Shown here piece after piece: positions 54,926 to 61,737 of a DNA stretch of 64,000 bases. The position numbers were made by a program, and so were the translations under genes. The notes under the pieces are model-generated. The model saw only the letters and a list, made by a program, of their open reading frames with translations, had not been told where the DNA came from and made no database searches. Origin of the DNA: Clostridia bacterium (GTDB lineage Bacteria; Bacillota; Clostridia; TANB77; CAG-465); assembly GCA_030524345.1 (NCBI GenBank), contig JAUNGP010000008.1, positions 1,610-65,609 on the forward strand. Direction: 5' to 3'. How positions within the stretch are numbered: the first letter of the stretch is position 1; the number at the start of each line of letters is the position of its first letter.

Positions 54926-55055
54926 ACTTTTTAGGGAGTAAATTTTATTTACTCCTTTTTTTAATTTAAATTTTTGTTTTATATTGTATGATTTTTGCAT
55001 ATATGTTATAATAAAAAAACGATATAAGTAAAATATTAAGGGAGATGATATACTT

Positions 55056-56660
55056 TTGGCAGTAAAGAAACAATCATTTATGAATGGGGTACTAGTGATT
55101 ATGGTATCTCAAGTTATAATAAAGCTTATGGGATTTTTATATCGTATTATATTAACGAACTTTCCGGAGTTTTCAAATGAAGGAAATAGTTATTATGGTT
55201 CAGGATATCAAATTTATACATTTATTCTTGCAATAGCTACCATGGGAATTCCAAATACTATGTCTAAACTTATTTCTGAAAAACTTGCAGTAGGAGATAA
55301 AAGAGGAGCTCATAGAATATTTAGGACTGCTATGGGTCTGTTTACATTGATAGCTATCCTATTTTCACTTGGACTTTTCTTTGGCTCTGGATTTATTTCA
55401 ACTAATTTATTGCATAATCCAGGAGTAAAGTATACTCTTATGGCACTTTCACCAGCTATTATATTTGTTGCAATGTCTGCAGTACTTAGAGGATATTTTG
55501 TTGGAATGCAGAATATGATGGAATATAGCAAAGCTCAAATATTAGAACAGATCATAAATAGTGCTTTTTCAATTATATTTGTCATGATGTTACTTGGATC
55601 AAATGATCCTGCAATTATGGCTGCAGGTTCTACACTTGCAACTACAGTAGCAACATCTAGTGCATTTTTATATTTATTAATCTATTATAATAGAAATAAA
55701 AAAGATATATGGAAAGAAATCAAAAAATCAGAGAAGTTTGCAATAGACTCTAGAAATAAAATTGTAAAAAAGTTGATATCTTATGTTATACCAATAGCAC
55801 TTGGAAGTGTAGTTTCAGCGCTTGCTGGTGTCATTGACGTTGTGACTGTTGTTGATGGACTTCAAAAAGCTGGTTGTACACTTCAGGAAGCAAACGATAA
55901 ATTTGGTATAATTGTTGGAAAAGTTGACATACTAAATGCAGTGCCAATGTCTATAAATGTTGCATTTTCAGTGGCTCTCGTGCCATTTATTTCATCTGCA
56001 ATGGCAAGACACAGAAAAGATGAAGCAGTAAACAAAATCAATTATTCACTTAAAATATCGTCCATCATTGCTCTACCTTGTACATTTGGTTTATTTATTC
56101 TTGCAAAGCCAATATTTGAATTGATATTTCCAAATTCACCGGATGGATATAATCTTTTGCAAATTCAGTGTTGGCAATTGATATTTGCAGTATTAGCACA
56201 AACTGTATATGGAGCATTGCAAGGATTAGGCAAACTGTATGTTCCTGGTGTATGTTTGATCATTGGAGCAGTGGTCAAATATGTGATGAATGTAGCATTG
56301 ATACCAATCTATCAGGAATATATACCAGTACTTTCTAGTGTAACTTATAATGTGATATCTTGTATGCTTGCTTTTATCATTTTATTTAAAGTTTTAAAAG
56401 AGAAGCCAAATTTAAAAGAGATATTCTTAAAGCCTTTAATGGCAACACTTGCAATGTCTATCGTAACTATTTTGGCATACAAAGGACTTGGTTACATAAA
56501 TATAAATGGAAATGTTAATACAATCATTACTATTTGTATTGCAGTTGTCGCATATTTAGCCTTTATCATGACATTTGGTGTACTTAATTCTGAAGAATTA
56601 TCGCAATTACCTTATGGTAACAAGATATGTAAAGTGTTTGGAAACAAGAAAAAAAAGTGA
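55056..56660 (+). CDS. MOP-superfamily flippase (MurJ/SpoVB-like)
   Basis: About 14 TM helices. N-terminal KQSFMNGVLVIMVSQVIIKLMGFLYRIILTN is typical of SpoVB/MurJ. TTG start. Confidence 0.7.
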   Translation: MAVKKQSFMNGVLVIMVSQVIIKLMGFLYRIILTNFPEFSNEGNSYYGSGYQIYTFILAIATMGIPNTMSKLISEKLAVGDKRGAHRIFRTAMGLFTLIAILFSLGLFFGSGFISTNLLHNPGVKYTLMALSPAIIFVAMSAVLRGYFVGMQNMMEYSKAQILEQIINSAFSIIFVMMLLGSNDPAIMAAGSTLATTVATSSAFLYLLIYYNRNKKDIWKEIKKSEKFAIDSRNKIVKKLISYVIPIALGSVVSALAGVIDVVTVVDGLQKAGCTLQEANDKFGIIVGKVDILNAVPMSINVAFSVALVPFISSAMARHRKDEAVNKINYSLKISSIIALPCTFGLFILAKPIFELIFPNSPDGYNLLQIQCWQLIFAVLAQTVYGALQGLGKLYVPGVCLIIGAVVKYVMNVALIPIYQEYIPVLSSVTYNVISCMLAFIILFKVLKEKPNLKEIFLKPLMATLAMSIVTILAYKGLGYININGNVNTIITICIAVVAYLAFIMTFGVLNSEELSQLPYGNKICKVFGNKKKK

Positions 56661-56678
56661 GAAAAAAGCTGAAAAGTG

Positions 56679-56707
56679 TTGACAATATTGAGCATTTGTA
56701 GTATATT
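56679..56707 (+). promoter_or_regulatory. sigma-A promoter of hup
   Basis: TTGACA (56679-56684), 17 nt, TATATT (56702-56707). Confidence 0.6.
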
Positions 56708-56738
56708 CTTAGTGTAATCTTAAATAGGAGGGATTTAA

Positions 56739-57017
56739 ATGAACAAAGCTGAATTAATAGCTAAAATTGCTGAAGAAAGCAAATTAACAAAAAAAGCAGC
56801 TGAAACTGCTTTAGATGCATTCGTAACTAGCGTTGAAGGTGCATTAAAAAATGGTGAAAAAGTACAATTAGTAGGTTTTGGAACTTTCGAAGTTAGAGAA
56901 AGAGCTGCTAGAAAAGGTAGAAATCCACAAACTAAAGCTGAAATAAAAATACCAGCTTCTAAAGCACCAGTTTTCAAAGCAGGAAAAGCTTTAAAAGAAT
57001 TAGTAAACAAAAAATAA
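56739..57017 (+). CDS. hup: DNA-binding protein HU
   Basis: [12 protein letters not shown]...[20 protein letters not shown]...[15 protein letters not shown]. Confidence 0.95.
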   Translation: MNKAELIAKIAEESKLTKKAAETALDAFVTSVEGALKNGEKVQLVGFGTFEVRERAARKGRNPQTKAEIKIPASKAPVFKAGKALKELVNKK

Positions 57018-57032
57018 TTTTGTTTCATTATG

Positions 57033-57091
57033 TCACGGGAATTTAATAAGGTTATAGTAAAATATAATTTTATTAAATTCCCGTGATTTTT
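57033..57091 (+). terminator. intrinsic terminator (17-bp stem)
   Basis: TCACGGGAATTTAATAA (57033-57049) pairs with TTATTAAATTCCCGTGA (57070-57086), followed by TTTTT. Confidence 0.8.
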
Positions 57092-57158
57092 GATAGAAAA
57101 AGAGTGCCATATTTTAGGCACAATCATATATATGTTAGTGTAAAATCAAGAAAAAGTA

Positions 57159-57716
57159 CTACTCATGTTTTTTCTTAACATATCTTTTACTATTTTCTTC
57201 TTTTTTTTCTATTAAGTCACTTGCGCAATGGGCACATTTAATTGCCTTTATTGGTATAGTACTTAGACAATATGGACATTCTTTTGTTGTCTTTTCTTTT
57301 GCTTTAGCATCTTTTTTGTTAGACATAGATATTACTTTTACTATAATAAATAATACGATTGATATAATAAAGAAATTCAATATAGCATTAATCAAAGAGC
57401 CGTAGTTCCAAGTGATAGCGCCAGCCGTTTTAGCTGCTTCTAAACTTTCAAAGTTTCCTCCTTTTAATGTAACAAATAATGTAGACAAGTCAACATTACT
57501 TGTAAGAAGACTAATTAATGGTGTGATCGTAGAAGATACAAGGGTATTTACGATATTGGTAAATGCACTACCAATTACAACACCGATAGCCATATCTAGT
57601 ACATTTCCTTTGATAGCAAATTTTTTGTAATCATTTACTGCTTTTTTAGCAAGTTCTTTTGTCTTTTTTTGATTTTCTTTTAAATTTTCTATAGTGCCTT
57701 TTTTTATTTTTTTCAT
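57159..57716 (-). CDS. mscL: large-conductance mechanosensitive channel MscL with C-terminal zinc-ribbon extension
   Basis: FAIKGNVLDMAIGVVIGSAFTNIVNTLVSSTITPLI core. The C-terminus contains CPYC...CAHC. Confidence 0.85.
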   Translation of the reverse strand: MKKIKKGTIENLKENQKKTKELAKKAVNDYKKFAIKGNVLDMAIGVVIGSAFTNIVNTLVSSTITPLISLLTSNVDLSTLFVTLKGGNFESLEAAKTAGAITWNYGSLINAILNFFIISIVLFIIVKVISMSNKKDAKAKEKTTKECPYCLSTIPIKAIKCAHCASDLIEKKEENSKRYVKKKHE

Positions 57717-57867
57717 TTCTAATCACCATAATTATTCTATAATATGAATTAAGAAAAATCAAGAAAATGATATGAAGTACTAGTAAATATCGTAAAAAGA
57801 AAAGATTTTGGTTGATTTTTTAATTTGTATATAGTAAAATATACAAAGACTAAAAAGGAGAGATAAA

Positions 57868-59478
57868 ATGTTAGGTACAAACGGAGTTACATTAAGATTT
57901 GGAAAAAGAACATTATTTGAAGATGTAAATGTTAAATTTACACCAGGAAATTGTTATGGAATTATAGGGGCAAATGGAGCTGGAAAATCCACTTTTTTAA
58001 AAATACTTTCAGGAGAAATAGAGCCAAGTGAAGGTGAAGTATATATGTCTGAAAATGAAAGACTTGGTATACTAAAACAAAACCATTATGAGTATGATGA
58101 TGTAAAAGTGATTGATACTGTAATACGTGGAAATGCTAGACTATATGAGATAATGCAAGAAAAAGATGCCTTATATGCAAAACCTGATTTTAATGATGAA
58201 GATGGAATTAAGGCAGGAGAACTAGAAGCTGAGTTTGCAGAGCTAAATGGTTGGATGGCAGAAACTGATGCAGCGCAGCTTTTAAATGGTCTTGGAATTG
58301 ATACTGAATTACATGAGAAATTTATGAGAGAACTTACAGGTCCTGAAAAAGTAAAAGTTTTACTTGCTCAAGCTCTATTTGGAAATCCTGATGTGTTATT
58401 ACTTGATGAGCCTACAAATAACTTAGATATAGCTGCAATTTCATGGCTGGAAGAGTTTCTTATTAATTTTGAAAATACAGTGATCGTAGTATCTCATGAT
58501 AGACACTTTTTAAATAAAGTATGTACGCATACATTAGATATTGATTATAACAAGATCACTATGTATATTGGAAACTATGATTTTTGGTATGAATCAAGTC
58601 AACTTGCTCTAAAACAAATGAAAGAATCTAATAAGAAAAAAGAAGAGAAAATTAAGGAATTAGAAGATTTCATACGTAGATTTAGTGCAAATGCTTCTAA
58701 ATCAAAGCAAGCTACTTCAAGAAAGAAAACTCTTGAAAAAATCCAGTTAGATGAAATTAAACCATCTACTAGAAGATATCCATATATAGAATTTAAACCT
58801 GAAAATGAATCTGGAAAAGAAATTTTAGAAGTAGAAAACATATGCAAAGAAGTGGATGGAGAAAAAGTATTAAATAATGTATCTTTTAAGGTTTTAAAGG
58901 GAGATAAAATAGCACTTGTTGGAAGTAATGGCATCGCAAAGACTACATTATTTAAAATTTTGATGGGAGAGTTAAAGGCTGATAGTGGTAAATTTACTTT
59001 TGGAAAAACAATTAATCCTTCTTATTTGCCTCAAGACAATGATGAATATTTTAAATCAAATAAAAGCATTGTAGAATGGATAGCAGATGAGTATCATATC
59101 AATGATGAAACAGTTATACGTAGCTTTTTAGGAAGAATGTTATTTTCTGGAGATGAGGCGTTAAAAAAGGTAAATGTTTTATCTGGAGGAGAAAAGGCAA
59201 GATGCATGTTATCTAGATGTATGCTTGAATCTCCAAATTTTATACTTTTAGATGAGCCAACGAATCATTTAGACCTTGAAAGTATCACAGCTTTAAATAA
59301 TGGACTCATTAGAAGTACAGCTGAAATGATATTTGTATCACACGATCATCAGTTTATTCAAACAATCGCAAATCGAATTATAGAAATTACAGATAATGGT
59401 GTCATTGATAAGAGAATGACTTATGACGAATATTTGGAGCAAAATCAAGAAAAAATGAAAAGTGAGAAAAGTTTTTAA
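57868..59478 (+). CDS. ABC-F family ATPase (YbiT/EttA-like translation factor type)
   Basis: Two NBDs (GANGAGKST, LLLDEPTNNLD; GSNGIAKTT, LSGGE, ILLDEPTNHLD). No TM segments. Confidence 0.88.
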   Translation: MLGTNGVTLRFGKRTLFEDVNVKFTPGNCYGIIGANGAGKSTFLKILSGEIEPSEGEVYMSENERLGILKQNHYEYDDVKVIDTVIRGNARLYEIMQEKDALYAKPDFNDEDGIKAGELEAEFAELNGWMAETDAAQLLNGLGIDTELHEKFMRELTGPEKVKVLLAQALFGNPDVLLLDEPTNNLDIAAISWLEEFLINFENTVIVVSHDRHFLNKVCTHTLDIDYNKITMYIGNYDFWYESSQLALKQMKESNKKKEEKIKELEDFIRRFSANASKSKQATSRKKTLEKIQLDEIKPSTRRYPYIEFKPENESGKEILEVENICKEVDGEKVLNNVSFKVLKGDKIALVGSNGIAKTTLFKILMGELKADSGKFTFGKTINPSYLPQDNDEYFKSNKSIVEWIADEYHINDETVIRSFLGRMLFSGDEALKKVNVLSGGEKARCMLSRCMLESPNFILLDEPTNHLDLESITALNNGLIRSTAEMIFVSHDHQFIQTIANRIIEITDNGVIDKRMTYDEYLEQNQEKMKSEKSF

Positions 59479-59541
59479 TAAAATGTAAAAAAAATGTTGC
59501 TTTTTAAAATGGTATGTGCTATAATAACTAATGTAGTAAAT

Positions 59542-59618
<77 letters not shown>

Positions 59619-59628
59619 ATACATGAAA

Positions 59629-59654
59629 AGGACTGACGTGATGTCAGTCTTTTT
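59629..59654 (+). terminator. intrinsic terminator after tRNA-Arg
   Basis: AGGACTGAC pairs with GTCAGTCTT, loop GTGAT, followed by TTT. Confidence 0.7.
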
Positions 59655-59661
59655 GCTATAT

Positions 59662-59692
59662 AAAAAAGCTAACATTAATCATGTTAGCTTTT
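59662..59692 (-). terminator. intrinsic terminator of the HD-domain gene (works on both strands)
   Basis: AGCTAACAT (59667-59675) pairs with ATGTTAGCT (59681-59689), flanked by A5 and T3. Confidence 0.65.
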
Positions 59693-59697
59693 AAAAT

Positions 59698-60783
59698 TCA
59701 TTGTGAAATAGCTTTTTTTAGAACTTCTTCGAAAAGATATCTGTCAAGTGCCATTTTTTTCATCATATTAACAAATTCACTATTTTCATCATTTAAGATC
59801 CAAAAGTGAACTAATCCATTTGGACCGAATTTTTTGTTTAGCTGTTCATAGCAGTTGTCCATCATTTGCTCAAAGGAATAGTCTGGATAATATACTTTGG
59901 TATATTCCCATGCCCTTTTTAGACCCTTTAAGTAGTCATCATCTTTATCTGCATCGCAAACAATTTTACCATATATATTTCTTGGTTCTCTGTTAAGAGA
60001 AGTTGAATGATCTTCCACTGCACTAGCAATAGTTTCAATTTCATCCTTGCTAAAGAAGTGTTTTAATATATTATCTTCTCTTACAAGTGTTGCAGAATGT
60101 GTTGCATGATTTTTTCTGGCAATTTTGATTCCAAGATCATGGTATGCAGCAACAGCAAATATGATATCCATATTTAATTGATCATCTAAATAGGAAGAAA
60201 TTTGAAATGAGCGTCTAATTACATCTTGTATATGATGTAAATCATGTCCTTTGTCAAATGTCTCATAGTATGGAAAAATATTTTGATATATATACATTTG
60301 CAGATATTTTGAGACATCCGTTCTATATTTAGTCTTAAGAGATAAATTCCAAGTAATATAGATTGTATGCTCTACAGAATATTTTCCAGCTAATGTGTAA
60401 TAGAGAATGTAATTATCCGGTATGCAGCCCATTGGACAGCCATTTTTGTAGGGACTATTAAGAAGATGTTGTTTGGCGCGACATACTTTTTCACATTCTA
60501 AAGAGTTGGAAACGTTATGAGGACAGATATTTTCCGACATTTCTTGGGAAATAATAGATATGAAAATATTTTTTGTAGAGTGACGTAATCCAATTTCCAT
60601 TAATTCATACTTTAGATTTTTGGCTAGGATTTCTAAATCAACAGTATGAAAGAATTCATCTACTAACTTAGGACTGGAATAGTCAAGAGTTATTAAAGAT
60701 TCCTGGAATTTTCCTAATTCTTGAGAAAAAGCTTTTGCGTCAAATCCATTTCGCTGTAAATAAGTTTGTAACAGTTCCACCAT
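59698..60783 (-). CDS. HD-domain phosphohydrolase with Cys-rich N-terminal domain
   Basis: HHIQDV...AAYHDLG...DHS (HD motif). The N-terminal 170 aa contains CPHN...CEKVC...CPMGC. AAAGGTGG SD. Confidence 0.65.
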   Translation of the reverse strand: MVELLQTYLQRNGFDAKAFSQELGKFQESLITLDYSSPKLVDEFFHTVDLEILAKNLKYELMEIGLRHSTKNIFISIISQEMSENICPHNVSNSLECEKVCRAKQHLLNSPYKNGCPMGCIPDNYILYYTLAGKYSVEHTIYITWNLSLKTKYRTDVSKYLQMYIYQNIFPYYETFDKGHDLHHIQDVIRRSFQISSYLDDQLNMDIIFAVAAYHDLGIKIARKNHATHSATLVREDNILKHFFSKDEIETIASAVEDHSTSLNREPRNIYGKIVCDADKDDDYLKGLKRAWEYTKVYYPDYSFEQMMDNCYEQLNKKFGPNGLVHFWILNDENSEFVNMMKKMALDRYLFEEVLKKAISQ

Positions 60784-61027
60784 TAGTTGGTACCACCTTT
60801 CTTTAAATTATAAATATATGTTAACATAAAAAGTAAAATAAATCAAGTGTACAATATGATATAGAAAAATGATCAAAAAATAGCATAAAAAAATGTTTGA
60901 CAAATATGATATAATAAGAAAAAATAATTAGTAGAAAGTTTTAATAACTATTCTTAAAATTCGTGTTACCTTTAGTTTATGATCGCGCATCCTAAGATTG
61001 ATGTAAAAAAGAAAGGAGGAAAGTCAA

Positions 61028-61183
61028 ATGTTACGTAAGAGGATTCATTATTTAGGAGTTTGTAAGCGGTATAGGATGAAAGGAAATAATATTTGTCCTT
61101 TTTGCTGGGGAACTGGATTTGTTGTTGAGGAAGATGGAAGTACATCAATCTGTGCAGGTTGCTTTGGTACAGGACGTGTCTAA
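61028..61183 (+). CDS. unannotated 51-aa zinc-ribbon miniprotein with two CxxCxGxG motifs
   Basis: ATG 61028 lies 8 nt after AAAGGAGGA. Sequence MLRKRIHYLGVCKRYRMKGNNICPFCWGTGFVVEEDGSTSICAGCFGTGRV, stop at 61181-61183, then a strong terminator. Below the ORF track size cutoff. Confidence 0.6.
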   Translation: MLRKRIHYLGVCKRYRMKGNNICPFCWGTGFVVEEDGSTSICAGCFGTGRV

Positions 61184-61186
61184 GAA

Positions 61187-61216
61187 AGGGGATATCTTTT
61201 GATATCCCCTATTTTA
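61187..61216 (+). terminator. intrinsic terminator
   Basis: AGGGGATATC (61187-61196), loop TTTT, GATATCCCCT (61201-61210), then ATTTTATT. Confidence 0.8.
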
Positions 61217-61230
61217 TTACAAAAAACGAG

Positions 61231-61259
61231 TTGACATAACTAAAAATGTATGTTATAAT
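61231..61259 (+). promoter_or_regulatory. perfect consensus sigma-A promoter
   Basis: TTGACA (61231-61236), 17 nt, TATAAT (61254-61259). Confidence 0.7.
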
Positions 61260-61310
61260 ATATTATGTAGAAAATAAACAAAAACAATCAAATTAGAGAG
61301 GAGGCAAAAT

Positions 61311-61691
61311 ATGAATAATTATTCATATGAGAACAAAAACAAAAAAATGATAGGTACTTCTCTCGCTTTTTGCGTTAGAGACATTATCGCCGGAAAGTAT
61401 GATATCGGCGATGTAGAGGCTATTATAGCCGGTACCCATTTTAAGTCTGCTGATGACATTATCAAAAAATACCGTGAAACGTATTGGGCTTCAGATGCCG
61501 AAAAGGCAGCAGACATCTGCAAGGAGCTTTGGAACACTGGTAAGATCATACAGCCGTGTCTAAGTGATCCGCAGGCACTTATCTTTGTAAGAAAAGTATG
61601 GTATTTCAACTTAGAGTCATTGATTGACTCTCAGGTTGATGCTGGTAGAGATTATGCAGCAGCTAATTTAAGGCAGCTTGCATTTGCTTAA
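61311..61691 (+). CDS. hypothetical protein (locally elevated GC)
   Basis: GAGAGGAGG SD. 126 aa, flanked by a consensus promoter and a terminator. No motif recognised. Confidence 0.55.
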   Translation: MNNYSYENKNKKMIGTSLAFCVRDIIAGKYDIGDVEAIIAGTHFKSADDIIKKYRETYWASDAEKAADICKELWNTGKIIQPCLSDPQALIFVRKVWYFNLESLIDSQVDAGRDYAAANLRQLAFA

Positions 61692-61703
61692 ATTGAATAC
61701 ATG

Positions 61704-61734
61704 AAAGGGACTGAAAGAAATTTCAGCCCCTTTT
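61704..61734. terminator. bidirectional intrinsic terminator
   Basis: AAAGGGACTGAAA pairs with TTTCAGCCCCTTT (one mismatch), loop GAAA. Lies between convergent genes. Confidence 0.65.
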
Positions 61735-61737
61735 ACT

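Noticed and set aside
56735-57127. 130-aa minus-strand ORF overlapping hup.
   Set aside because: It is antisense to an unmistakable HU gene and runs through the 17-bp hup terminator.
60897-60915. TTGACA at 60897 followed by TATAAT at 60910.
   Set aside because: The spacer is only 7 nt, so this is not a functional -35/-10 pair. Only the extended -10 (TGaTATAAT) is retained as a possible promoter.
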